From Malacoraja senta (Eukaryota), in NCBI GenBank assembly GCA_038087875.1, contig CM075978.1:166222001-166286000 (forward strand): a stretch of DNA of 64,000 nt. The letters are read 5' to 3'. The notes below the pieces were generated by a model. The model worked only from the letters and a program-made list of their open reading frames with translations, was not told the origin of the DNA and did no database searches. A program made the position numbers and the translations under genes. Of the stretch, positions 12,065 through 25,105 are shown in pieces. Each line of letters opens with the position of its first letter. Positions within the stretch are counted from its first letter, which is position 1.

Positions 12065-12700
12065 TGCAAGCTGAATTGGTAGTAAGGAATGAAAATGCAA
12101 TGTTAATATTTATTTTGAGAGGACTACAATATAAAAACAGGGATGCAATGCTGAGGTTTTATAAGACACTGGTCAGAACACATTTGGAGTATTGTGATCA
12201 GTTTTGGGCCCCATATCTGAGGAAGGATGTGCTGGCATTGGAGAGGGTCAAAGGGAGTTTTATGATAATGATCCCAAGATAAGCATTTAACGGCACAGGG
12301 CCTGTACTCACTGGCGTTTAGAAGGACGAGTGGGCACCTCATTGAAACTTACCAAATAGTGAATGGCCTGGATAGGGTAGATGTGTAGGATGCTTATCCT
12401 AGTGGGATAGTATAAGACTAGAGCGCATTGCCTCAGAATAAAAGGAGATAAGGAGGAATTTATTAAGTCAGAGGTTGGTGAATCTGAGGACTTCACTGCC
12501 ACAGACAGCTGTGGAGGCCAAGTCATTAGGTATTTTTAACACAGAGAATGACATATGTTTTGATTAGTAAGGGTGTCAGGGGTTATGAGGAGAATGGGGT
12601 TGAGAGGGAAAGATAGATTAACCATGATTGAAAGGCGGAGTGGACTCAATGGGCCGAATGGACCAATTCTGCTCCTGTGACTTATGAACTTACGAACCTA
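12065..12700 (+). mobile_element. CR1/HER1 LINE 3' fragment
   Basis: ORF 12064-12282 'LRFYKTLVRTHLEYCDQFWAPYLRKDVLALERV' followed by the CR1 3' UTR. Confidence 0.9.
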
Positions 12701-13439
12701 TATCGAACTTGCAACCAATGTATTACTACACACTTAACCAGCATGGCAAAATTGAATTTAATCTCTGTGCTCCTGTTTGGGGAGAGGCAATTTTCACTTT
12801 CCTGTTGAGAGTGCCTTTTTCTTACTCATTCTTCCCTGCAGAGAACATATTGGGTACAAAACCCCATGCCATGTATGTTTCCACACTATGAGCACTGCTT
12901 TGGATCCAAAACAACATTCAATGCATGCTGAGAATTCGCTGCATTTTCTAATTTGGGTTCAGATTTCCAGCACCAACCTTTGCACTGGCTAGGTTCTGGC
13001 TGCCTGCTGATTAATAAATAGGATTGCAACGAGTAGTCAGCGCTAACTGAAGCATTTAGTTGCTGTATGCATCAGTAGGTGGCCCTTTGCTCTAAGTGGG
13101 TGGCATCCATTAGAGAGTACCAGCATTACCCAGATGTTTTAAAGCAGCAGACGTTGTAACAGATGTCAAAGCGGTGCTAATACTATAATACAAAAGTATG
13201 TAGAATATGCAGATCTTGGCTTCAACTATTACAAAATTGCAGAGAGTAGTGGACCTAGCCCAGACCATCACACAAACCAACTTTCCTTCCATTGACTACA
13301 TTCACTCATCACGCTGAAAAAAATCTTCATCTGAAGAAGGGTCCTGACCCAAAACGTCACTTATCCATTTTCTCCAGAGATGCTGCCTGACATGTTATTC
13401 CAACATTTTGTGTCCATCTGAGGATCCATAAACCTGTCT

Positions 13440-14145
13440 TCATTGACAGACAGTGGTGGAGAGAATCAACATCTTCAAGTTCCTCGACAAGGATATCTCT
13501 GAAGATCTGTCCCAGGTCCAGCACATTGATGCAATCACAAAGAAGGCTCAACACCTCTACATCCTCATTAGTTTGAGGAGATTCGGCATGACACTAGTCG
13601 GCAGTTTGAGGAGATTCGGCATGACACTACCAAATAATCTATCAAACTTCTACAGGTATGCAGTAGAGAATGGACTTACTGGTTGCATCATGACCTTGTT
13701 TGGTAACTTGATCACATAAGAATGAAGGAGGCTGCAGAAAGTGGTGGACGTTGCCCAATCCATCATAGTTTGACCTCTCCACCATCAAAGGGATTTACAG
13801 AAAAGCTACCTCAAAAAGGCAGCTCATATCATAAAGACCCACACACACAACCCTGGCCACACTTCCCTCTCACTACTATCAGGAAGCTGGTACAGCAACT
13901 TGAAAACTGTGAGCTCCAGGCTCAAGAACAACTTCTTCCCGTCAACCATCAGGCTCTTGAACCATATTGCACAACCCTATCTCTGCATCGATCTAGCATG
14001 GACTTTATATAGGTTGCAATATGTTCTTCAGTTTACACTATTAACCAGTTTTCTCGTATTACTGATAATATATTGTAATATTAATCACTGTATATTTGTA
14101 CGCTGTGTTTTTGCATTAATGTGCCTGCAGCAAGTAAGAACTTCT
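13440..14145 (+). mobile_element. Degraded Rex1/Babar LINE 3' part
   Basis: 'VERINIFKFL..ISEDLS..HIDAITKKAQ', 'SRLKNNFFPSTIRLLN'; 27-bp local duplication at 13570-13596 and 13603-13629. Confidence 0.8.
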
Positions 14146-15141
14146 TTGTGCGTTCCCAGTGAACCCAAGGAAAGCCGCTGGACCTGATGGTGTACTCGGC
14201 AAAGTACTTATAGCTTGTGCAGACCAGTTATCAGAGGTCTTTACCAAGATCTTTAATCTTTCCCTGACACAAGCCACCATACCGCCTTGTCTGAAGTCGG
14301 CTACCATCATCCCTGTCCCTAAGTAGCCAGTCATAACCAGTCTCAATGACTACAGACCAATTGCACTAACATCAGTAGTCATGAAATGCTTTGAAATACT
14401 AATTTCACAGCACATCAAAGCCAGCCTCCCTACAAACCTTGACCCTCATCAGTTTGCTTATCGAGCAAACAGATCGATGAAGGACGCCATTGCCACTGCC
14501 CTCCACACTGCACTGAGCCATCTGGAACACCCGGGGAGCCATGTAAGGATTCTTTTTATTGACTATAGCTCAGCTTTTGGAATGATCATCCCTGACATAC
14601 TAGTCAACAGCTGTTGGACTTAGGCTTCCCCCCCTCTCACCTGCGCCTGGATAAAGGACTTTCTCACTAACCCCCCACAAACAGTCAAAATGGGCCCCCA
14701 CTGCTCCTCCATCCTCACACTCAGCACTGGTTCGCCACAGAGCTGTGTGCTGAGTCCACTCCTCTATGCTCTGTAAATCTATGACTGCACTCCCATCCAC
14801 TCCACAAACTCCATTATTAAATTTGCGGATGACACCACGGTGGTCGGACTCATATCAGGAGGAGACGAGGCAGCGTACAGAGACGAGGTCCTGAAGCTGT
14901 CAGAGTGGTGTTCTGTGAACAACATGGCACTCAACATCAGCAAAACAAAGGAAATGGTCATCGACTACAGAAGGCACAGAGCGGACCCTGCCGCGCTCTA
15001 CATCAACGGGGACTGTGTCGAGAGGGTTTCCACCTTCAAATTCCTGGGAATGCACATCGCAGAGGACCTCTCCTGGTCTGCCAACACTTCAGCGGTGGTA
15101 AAAAAGACACAGCAGCGATGGCACTTCCTGAGAGTGCTAAG

Positions 15142-17967
15142 TCAAGTCAAGTCACATTTATTTATATAGCACATTTAACAAACAACTCTCGTTGGCCAAA
15201 ATGCTTTACATTTGTTATAAGAATAGTATAAACAAACAAACTACATACATAAATACATATAATACATACAGTGAAATTATGTCAATAAAACTGAAAGATT
15301 CAACACATCTTTTAAAATTCCCTTTTAAAATAGCTACAGAAAAATTTAAATATTTGGGAATCGAAATTACCAGATCATATCAAGGTATGTTTAGGGCATA
15401 TTTTGACCCCTTACTTAATAAATTAAACACACTAATTAAATTCTGGAAAACGCTCCCGATGTCTTTAATAGGCCGAATAAACGCAATAAAAATGATCTTT
15501 TTACCACAAATTTTATACCTATTTCAATCAATTCCTATATACTTACCAAAGAAGTTTTTTAAAAAACTCGACTCAGATACCACTAATTTTATATGGGACT
15601 ATAAATCACATAGAATACAAAAAACTCATCTGAATAAACCTAAAGTATTAGGGGGTTTAGCACTACCTAATTTTATGTATTATTATTGGTCAGTAAATAT
15701 TAAAAATATGATTCAACTGATGGATAACTCCGCCCAGCAAGCGGACTGGATTGTAATGGAGAAAGAGGATTGCTCCTCTAGAAACATTGGAGCGATCCTC
15801 CTCTCTCCAATGAAATTGAATAACATAAATTATAATAAGAACCCAATTATTCATAGTACAATCCGAATTTGGAAACAAATAAAACAAAATTTAAAATTAA
15901 GAAATTTATCACTTTTATTACCTATAGTCAATAACCCTTTGTTTAATCCTTCTATTATAGATAAAGCTTATACACAATGGGATAGATTAGGAATTAAAAC
16001 GCTTGGTGACTTGTATGAAACTGGAAAATTACTTTCATTTCAACAATTACAAATAAAATATAAACTCGGAAATAATCAATATTTTAAATATTTTCAAATA
16101 TGCGACTATTTGAAAAAATATACAAAAGATCATCATAATAACCCAGCAGATGTACTGGACGAGGCAATGCAGATAAAAGCGGAATCAGCAAACTTAATAT
16201 CATATTTGTATAATATTATCTTAAATGCACAAATACCATCTACGGAGGGTATCAGAAGAGACTGGGAACAAGAGTTAGCTATTAAAATTTCAAAGGAAAG
16301 TTGGAATGAATACTTATTAAACGTGCATAAATGCTCGATTAATGTAAGACACACTTTAATACAATTTAAAATTTTACATAGATTATATTATTCGAAAACT
16401 AAAATTCATAAAATTTTCCCAAATGTATCATCTATTTGTGATAAATGTCAATCCCAAGAAGCTACCATAACGCACTCATTCGTTTCTTGTACAAAAATTC
16501 AAAAATTTTGGAATGAAATTTTTGAAATCTTTACAAAGTTATTTAAAACAAGACTGATACCCAAAGCAGAATGGATTATCTTCGGAATAACGGAAGATGG
16601 TCCAGAACTAAATGTGTTTCAAAATAAACTAATGGACTATGGGTTAATAACTGGAAAAAAGCTAATTCTAAAATTTTGGAAGAAGGCTCCAATACCAACT
16701 ATAAATATGTGGATTTCAAATATGTTTGAAACATTACACCTAGAAGAGATAAGACTCCTCCTAGCAGGTAAACCAGATCACTTCCACCTGACATGGTCTG
16801 CATTTATAGAATTATTACAAACATAGGGTGCAAAAGTACTTTAAAAAAAAAAAAATTGAGGTCAGGTAAGGGGGGGTGATAGTTGAAGAGTTGGTATGTC
16901 CCATTTATGTAATGCTCATAAAAATATTTGTTTCTCTCTTTTTCCTCTTTCTCTCTTTCTTTCTTTCCTAGGGTCTATTTCTTAACTCTTTTTCTTTTGT
17001 TTTTAATTTTGCTCTTATAGGGTCTTCGTCCTTTTTTGTTGTCACATTTCCTACACTTTCACTTTTTCCTTCACTTTCTTCTTTCTTTCAATCTTTTCCT
17101 TTTCTAGTGTAAAAAATAAATGGAGTACATTAATTGTAAGAAGATATAAATGACGAGTACTAATGTATGTGGTTGTAATGTAATGTACTTCTAATAAAAT
17201 ACAAATTAAAAAAAATAAAAAAATAAAATACATATAGCCCTCACTCAGAGGATGTCAAGAAAGGCTTGGGAGTATAGATAAGTTTTTAGTCTTGACTTAA
17301 AGGAGTCGATGGAGGGGGCAGTTCTGATGGGAAGAGGGATGCTGTTCCACAGTCTAGGAGCTGCAACCGCAAAGGCGCGGTCGCCCCTGAGCTTATGCCT
17401 AGACCGCGGGATATTCAGCAACCCCAAGTCGGCCGATCTGAGGGACCTGGAGGTGGAGTGGTGGGTGAGAAGACTTTTAATGTAGGTGGGGGCAAGCCCA
17501 TTGAGGGCTTTGTAGACATAGAGGAGGATCTTGAAATGTATACGGAACCGCACAGGGAGCCAGTGGAGAGAGGCCAGGATCGGGGTGATGTGGTCCCTTT
17601 TTGGAGTGCCCGTCAGGAGTCTTGCTGCGGCGTTTTGGACCAGTTACCGGCGGGACAGGGAAGATTGGCTGATGCCAGTGTAAAGGGAGTTGCAGTAATC
17701 TAGGCAGGAGGAGATAAATGTGTGGATGATCTTTTCGAGGTCATCAAAGTGGAGGAATTGTTTTATTTTAGCTATCGTCCGAAGCTGAAAGAAGCTAGCT
17801 TTTACCACGGCATTGACTTGTTTGTCAAATTTCAGTGCTGAGTCAAATATCACGCCAAGGTTTTTGACGTGAGGTATGAGTAGTGGGGTAAGGCTTCCAA
17901 GGCTGCCTGCTATCATTTTGATTGAGTCTGAGGGGCCGAGAAGAATGACCTCAGACTTACTCTCGTT
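15142..17967 (-). mobile_element. L2 LINE 3' portion, split by an L1 insertion
   Basis: ORFs 'VKNLGVIFDSALKFDKQV..LDYCNSL' and 'RIHFKILL..GDRAFAVAAPRLWNSIP..FKSRLKTYL'. (TTGAC)n tail at 15142. 5-bp TSD CTAAG at 15137-15141 and 17968-17972. Confidence 0.9.
15262..17225 (+). mobile_element. 5'-truncated L1 (fish/Swimmer-like) with open ORF2 C-terminal half
   Basis: 544-aa ORF 15192-16826 with 'FKYLGI', 'GGLALP' and the CCHC zinc knuckle 'CDKC..H...C'. T-rich 3' UTR, AATAAA and A-tail. TSD aaatacatata at 15251-15261 and 17226-17236. Confidence 0.95.
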
Positions 17968-18272
17968 CTAAGGAAGAACAGTTTAGAGGAAAAGCTGCTG
18001 GTGGCAGACAGGAGAGCCCTGCAGAGAGTGATCAAAACTGCCCAGAAAATCATCGGCTGCCCTTTGCCTTCCCTGGAAGACATCTACAGCTCTCGGTGCC
18101 TCCTTAGAGCCAGGAAAATAATCAAAGACCCCACCCATCCTGGACAGTTCCTGTTCAACTTCCTGCCATCTGGTAGGCGGTACAGGTGCGTCAAAAACTG
18201 GAACAAACAGACTCAGGAACAGTTTCTTTCCCTGGGCCATCAGAACTCTAAATTCCTCAAATATCCACACGA

Positions 18273-18440
18273 CATTGGCTATATTTAAGAGGGAGTTAGA
18301 TGTGGCCCTTGTGGCTAAAGGGATCAGGGGGTATGGAGAGAAGGCAGGTACGGGATACTGAGTTGGATGATCAGCCATGATCATATTGAATGGCGGTGCA
18401 GGCTCAAAGGGCCGAATGGCCTACTCCTGCACCTATTTTC
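18273..18440 (+). mobile_element. Young CR1 3' end
   Basis: Near-identical to 47033-47220; tail (TTTCTATG)n. Confidence 0.9.
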
Positions 18441-18770
18441 TATGTTTCTATGTTTCTATGACATGAAAGATGCTGTCATGCATTCCACTATAAAGCAGAC
18501 CACTCAGCTAATATTTCTTCTTTTTAATTATTTTAAAGTATTTATTAAATTTTAAAGTGCAATATTCTCCCAGTGCAATGTCCTACCTAGGTGTGACAAA
18601 TATAATTGATCTACTATTTTAAGCAGTTAAATAACGTATTGGATGTATTGGATGTGTTTTAATTTTGTTTTAACTTGTTTTGGTTGCACTGATCAAGAGT
18701 AGCTCTCCTAATTTTGTTGTATTTCTAAGTACAATGACAATAAAGACTTATCATTATTATTATATGACAA

Positions 18771-19110
18771 GGCTGCCAAAATGGTGCATGGATAGAGCTG
18801 CTGCCTCTCGGCACCAGACACCCAGGTTCTATCCTTAATTCAGGTGCTCTCTGTGGGGAATTTGCACGTTCTCTCTGTGGCTGCGTGGGTTTCCTTCGGG
18901 TGCTCTGGTTTCCTCCCGCCCGGGTGGATTTGTAGGCTAACTGACCTCTGCAAATAGTCCCCTGGTATCTAGGGAGGGGATGCAAAAGTGGGATAACATA
19001 GAACTAGTGTGAACAGGTGAGCAATGGTCAGCATGGACTCGGTGAACTAACGGGCCTGTTTCCATGCTGTATCTCTAAACTAAACTAAACTAAACTAACT
19101 CAACTAAACT
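18771..19110 (+). mobile_element. HE1-type SINE
   Basis: Degenerate tRNA head, V-domain, tail (CTAAA)n. Confidence 0.85.
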
Positions 19111-20513
19111 TAACAAAACAATTGGCTCTCAACAGTAGACTAAAGTTGTTTGCTCTGGATATTCTGGGAACTTTTCTCAGAATAGATCTACTACCCAAGA
19201 GAGAATAGTTTGCTTCTCTTCTATGCAAGACTGTGAGGATGCATCTGCATTTCAGTAAGGACATCCTCATTGATGTATCTTCCATGCTGCAGTTAGAATG
19301 CCATTCCACTTCAAGAGCTGTTCTCTCAAGATATAGGGTTCCCTGCTGAGGCGTGTAGGCACCAAACACTATAATTCATGCTGGCAGCATATAGCATTCA
19401 TATTAATCAGCAGGCAGCTCACACCAGCCAACTCCAAAAGCAAAGTCTCACGGATATCATAAATGTGAAATTTAAAAAAAAATCTGGAAATACTCAGCTG
19501 CACAGCCAGTATCTGTGGAGAGAGAAACAGAGGGAACAACACTATGAACTTCTAGTAAATCAGATCCTATGCATTGCATTGTCAAACATTGATCATCTTA
19601 TATATCCCAGTTGTATTCAAGAGAGAGTTAGATACAGCTCTTAGAGCTAATGGAATCAAGGGGTATTGGGAGAAAGCTGGAATGAGGTACTGATTTTGGA
19701 TGAACAGCCTACTCCTCCACATATTTTCTATGTTTCTATGCTCAGTATGAAAACTTAACCTACAGCTCTGCTTAATTATGAAAAATAAAAATAAAACAAG
19801 TGAACAAGTGATGCTTCATCTGGGCACTGTGCCAAGCAACTTGTTGAAGGTTATTTAAAGTAAATGCGTTTTTTGTTTGTCATTAGTTGTAAGTTTGTTT
19901 TTGCCATTTGCATTTCCTAGTGATGCATGCCTTCAGTTTCATTACAAAAAGAACATAATTCCGTGGGCAAGGCAACTGTCATTAGAAGCTGCCATTCAAG
20001 TAGAGGGGACTGCTGACTTTTGTAATATCCCAGACAGTCACATTTGATAACATTAATAATGTACTTCCGTTTGTTCCTATTAACAATTGGCCCTCCAGTA
20101 TAATTAATTTTATATGTCAAAAGAAGACAGAAAGTGTGACAGAAGTATGTAATTGAGAAATGCTTGTTCAGTCTGAGTAGAAACAATGAACTGCAGATGC
20201 TGGTTTATACCACAGATAGACACAACATGCTGGAGAATCTCAGTGTGTCAGGCAGCATCTCTGGAGAAAAAGGAAGGGTGACGTTTCAGGTCAGGACCCT
20301 TCTTCGGTTTTTATGTTGCAAGATTGAAGAAGCAAAAGGGGCAACATAAATGTGCCGTTATTCTTCATGTGGAGATTGGTACATGTCAAAGAAAAGTTAA
20401 GTGTTTAAACAGACTGTTTGTTATAATTTGAGCCATCCTTCATCTATGTGTAACTGTCATATGAGGTCCAGATGATTTTTGTTGCTGTGATTAGGTTTAC
20501 TTTGTGTGATTTA

Positions 20514-21117
20514 AGGCTCTGTCTTACCTGTTTGCGGTCATCGGCAGTGAAGCGCGGCGTCGCCGGTAGCGAGGACCGTGCGGCAACGGCGAGAGCGTCG
20601 AGCCTATCCACCAGAGCGCCGCACGGATGCTGCGCGGGGGCCGAGTTAATTCAAACACGGCTGGGTCCCACGTGCTTGCGGTAAGTAAAAAAAGGGCGGG
20701 CCGACTGCGATGACGTCGGCCCGCCGCACGTGACTCACCAGCGGCGGCTGTGGCGGCGGCCATCCTGTTCGTGGCGCTGTAGCGGTGGCTGTGCCTGCGG
20801 CCATGCAGCACACGTGCCTCACTGGCGGCGGCACGTGCGTCACTGGCGGAGGCTGTGGCAGTGGAGGTTTGACGCACGGCGCTCGAGCCACACTGGCGGC
20901 GGCCCGTGCGAGCGGCCGTGCCGCACTCGTGCATCACTGGTGGAGGTTGTGCGGTGAGTATTTAGTTTTGGACATTGTCGATTTTATTTTAGCACCGCGC
21001 GGTGTTGGGAACACCGCCGCACGGCCCGGGAATTGTACTTTCTCACGAGTGCGCGGTCTATGGCGGCAGATTCCTCCCGTTTCGCCGCCATAGACCGCAG
21101 ACTCGTGAGACAGGCCT
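20514..21117. mobile_element. PIF/Harbinger-type MITE, very GC/CpG-rich
   Basis: TTA TSD (20511-20513 and 21118-21120); imperfect TIRs aggctctgtcttac.. / ..gtgagacaggcct. Confidence 0.8.
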
Positions 21118-21254
21118 TTAAGATTTCTGCCTCTAACTCCTCAAGAGGAACATAATAGCTTTGGTTTTAAAATAAGAGCGCTATGTTTTGCCCAGAGCAT
21201 GAGGAATCAAGAACCAGAGGTTCTAGGTTTATGGTGAGAGGGGAAAGATCACAG

Positions 21255-21585
21255 CGGCTGGGTGGTGCAGTGGTAGAATCGCTGCCTTATAACGCCAGAG
21301 ACCTGGGTTCGATCCTGACTTCGGGTGCTGTCTGTGTGGAGTTTGTTCGTTCTCCCCGTGAACTGCGTGGGTTTTCCCCGGGAGCCGCAGTTTCCTCCCA
21401 CACTCCAACAATGTACAGGTTTGTAGGTTTGTAGGTTTGGCTTAGTAAAAATTTTAAATTGTCCCGAGTGTGTGTAGGATAGCGTTAATGTGCGGGCAAC
21501 CCTGGTCAGCGCGTACTCAGTGGGCCGAACCTGGGTCTTTGGCGCTGTAAGGCAGCAACTCTACTGCTGTGCCACCATGCACCCC
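21255..21585 (+). mobile_element. HE1-type SINE followed by an inverted SINE head, within a CR1 fragment (21190-21760)
   Basis: SINE at 21255-21528; 21528-21585 is the reverse complement of a SINE head. Confidence 0.8.
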
Positions 21586-22029
21586 TGTAGTGGAAGTGGA
21601 TACAATAGCAACATTTAAGAGACATTTGGACGGTCATTTGATCAGGCAGTGAATGGAGGGATAGAGACCATGTGTAGGTGGTTGTGCCATTTGAAATGAC
21701 ATCTTGGTCAACAAAGATATCGTGGGCTGAAGGGTTCATTCCTGTGCTGTACTGTTCTGGATTACAAAAAGTGGTGGATACTGCCTGGTCCATCACAGGT
21801 ACTGATCTCCCCACCAGCGCAGAGATCTATAGGAGGGCACTGCCTCAAAAAGGTAGCCTGCATCATCAAAGATCCACACCACCTATGCCATGCTCTGATT
21901 TCACGCCTACCACCTGGAAGAATCTATAGGAGTTTGAAGCTCATGACCAGGCCCAGGAATAGCTCTTCCCAACAAATATCAGGTTGTTCAACACGACACA
22001 ACACTCACCCCAACTACGAGCTATGGACC

Positions 22030-22240
22030 AGAGGAGGTAATTGAGACAGGGACTATCCCAACATTTAAGGAACAGTTAGACAGATACATGGATAGGACAG
22101 GTTTGGAGGGATATGGACCAAACGTGGGCTGGTAGGACTAGTGTTGCTGGGACATGTAGGCCGGTGTGGGCAAGTTGGGCCAAAGGGCCTGTTTCCACAC
22201 TGTATCACTCAATCACTATGATTCTATACCTATGACTCTC
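22030..22240 (+). mobile_element. CR1/HER1 3' fragment
   Basis: 'ccagaggaggtaattgag..gggcctgtttccacactgtatcactc..ctatgactct'. Confidence 0.85.
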
Positions 22241-22687
22241 TTGACTTGAGTCTTGACTGTGTTTTATGATTTAAAATGCAGGAAACAATGACAATTTCTC
22301 CATTTCCCAGTTCTGATGAACTTTCTTCCACCTGAAACATTAAAGGGCCTGTCCCACTAACGCGACTTTTCAGCATCTGTCTTCGACCTTCAAGCTCGAG
22401 GGCACTCACCTGAAAAACCTCGAGCTGGATCGAACATCAGCGATGAAACCGCGAGCCAGATCAACCGTCTGCACACACACACACACACACACAAAAAAAA
22501 TCGCAAAGGCGGGACCAGGGAAAGTGGGGGAGTGCTGTCTGAAATTCACTCCCGCGATGAACAAGAAGGTAAAAGACGGCTGCACAGTGTATGGTAAGTC
22601 CTTTAGAGAGCGTGGAGGGGGGGAGAGAAGGGGAGAGAAGGGGGGAGAGGGAGGGTTAAGGGCCTGTCCCACTGCGGCGACCTAATT

Positions 22688-25015
22688 TTTTTTTTTTTTT
22701 AAATATTTTTATTTTATTAGAAGTAAGTACAATTGTATACAATCATATTTTCATAATACCTTTTATGTACAGCTTCTTATTTAAAAAAAATTTGAAATAA
22801 AGAAGAAAAAGAAAAAAGTTAGATAATGAAAAATAGAAAAATGTGAGATATATAGTGTGTGAAAAAGAAAATTAAAGAATGAAAAAAGAAAGTTGAGACA
22901 TAGAAAATAGAAGAAAGAGAATAAAAGAAGAGAAGAGAAGAAAATAAAATAAAAGGAGATCATTTATAATCTTGACCATCCGCAGTCACGGATTAGCTTT
23001 TACACCTGTTTTGCACCATATGTTTCCAAAAAGACGACAAATGGAGACCAACTCGTTATGAATTGGTCAAATGTATCTATTGGGAGGAATCGCATTTCCC
23101 CAAGATGTGCGGTATCCAACATACTTGCAATCCACATTTTGAGCGTTGGTATTGGTGTATTTTTCCAAAATTTCAATATTAATTTTTTTGCTATTATTAA
23201 ACCATAATTTAAAATTGACTTTTGAGATGAGCTCAATTTGTTCCCGTCTTCCATTACCCCAAATATAATCAATTCATTATTGGGTTCCATTTTTGTCTTA
23301 AATAGTTTTGTAAATATTTCGAAAATATCACTCCAAATTCCATGAAGTTTTATACAAGAAACAAAAGAGTGTGTTATAGTTGCATCTTGGGTTAAACATT
23401 TATCGCAAATGGGCGATATATTTGGATAAAATTTATTTAATCTTGTTTTTGAGTAATATAATCTATGTAAAATTTTTAAATTGGATTAGGTTATGTCTTG
23501 CGTTAATCGAACACTTGTGAATGTATGTCAAATACTTTTCTCATGTAGCCTTCGTAATTTTTATCAATAATTCCCGTTCCCACTCTTCTCTAATTACCTC
23601 GGTCACAGGTAAATCTATATTTAAGATACTATTATATAAATATGATATTAATTTTTGTGTATCAGCTTTTATATTCGTTACTTCTTCTAGTAAATCAGGA
23701 GTTATTTTTTGATATCCCTGTATGTATGTCTTCAAAAAATTACAAATCTGAAAATATTTAAAATAATGAGTGTTTTTCAGTTTAAATTTTAATTGTAATT
23801 GTTGAAATGATAATAAATCTCCCATTTCATACATATCCCCGATCCTTTTAATTCCTAAACTTTCGCATTGATTATATATTTTATCCATCATAGATGGTTT
23901 AAATAAAGGATTATTCGCTATCGGTGTTAACAATGATAGGTTTCTTAATTTTAAGGATAATTTTATTTGTTTCCATATTCTTATTGTATCTTGTATAATT
24001 GGGTTTTTCTTATATATTGTATTGTTCATTTTTTTCGGGGAGAAGAGGATTGTTCCTATATTACAAGGATAACAATCCTCTTTCTCCATTTTTATCCATT
24101 CTGTCTGTTGAGTTGAACTATCCAACCAGTAAATCATATTCTTAATATGTATTGCCCAATAGTAATACAAAAAATTAGGGAGTGAAAGTCCCCCGACATC
24201 TTTTGGTTTACATAAGTGTTCTTTTTTAATTCTATGTGATTTATAATCCCAAACAAAATTAGTAATATTAGCGTTCAGTTTAGAAAAAAAATATTTTGGT
24301 ACATATACTGGTATAGATTGAAATAGGTATAATAACTGTGGTAGGAAGCTCATTTTAATAGCATTTATTCTGCCTATTAATGATAAAGGGAGTGTTTTCC
24401 AAAATGTTATTGTTATATTGAGTTTATTTATTAAGGGTATAAAATTGGCATTGAATAAAGCTTTATGTTTTCTAGTAATCTGAATACCCAAATATTTGAA
24501 TTTTTCTGTTGCTATTTTAAAGGGGAATTTCAATAAGTGTGTGGATTCTTGAGGTTTTAACGTCATAATTTCACTTTTGTTCCAGTTTATTCTATATCCA
24601 GAAAAGGACCCAAATTCCTCTATTAAATTTAATAAATTTGGTATGCTCGTTTGTGAATTTGTTATATATAGCAAAATATCGTCTGCATACAATGAAACTT
24701 TATTATTTGAGTCCCTAGTATTATAACCCTGAATGTTCGGATGGCTTCTTATACTTTCAGCCAGAGGTTCTATCATAAGGGCAAATAGCAGGGGTGATAA
24801 AGCACATCCCTGCCTATTACCCCTTGATAATTGAAATTTTTGAGATAACATGCTGTTAGTTAATATTCTTGCCATCGGTTTATCATATAATAATTTCACC
24901 CATGCAATAAAATTCTCTCCCATATTAAATTTTTTGTAATACTATGTATAAATACTGCCATTCTACCTGATCAAATGCTTTTCTGCGTCCAAAGAAATAA
25001 TTGCTAAGTCTTTTT
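22688..25015 (-). mobile_element. 5'-truncated L1 with RT core and C-terminus
   Basis: 460-aa ORF 23541-24923 with 'RGNRQGCALSPLLF' and 'LYADDILL'. Poly-T at 22686-22700. 15-bp TSD tgcggcgacctaatt at 22673-22687 and 25016-25030. Confidence 0.95.
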
Positions 25016-25105
25016 TGCGGCGACCTAATTCGCGAGTTTAGAAGAGTTTGCCCTCGACTCTTCCTCGCAGCATAGTCGACACGAGGTCCCAGGTGGTCTT
25101 TGTAA

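Larger units (their letters stand above)
14148..18265 (+). mobile_element. Rex1/Babar LINE RT pseudogene, split by the L2 insertion
   Basis: RT motifs 'KAAGPDG', 'DPHQFAYR..DAI', 'FIDYSSAF', 'KFADD'. The reading frame HFLRVL|RKNSLEEKLLV resumes at 17968. Confidence 0.9.

Noticed and set aside
20524-21093. Overlapping GC-rich ORFs as a host gene or promoter exon
   Set aside because: Open frames on both strands reflect stop-poor GC-rich repeats inside a TIR/TSD-bounded MITE.
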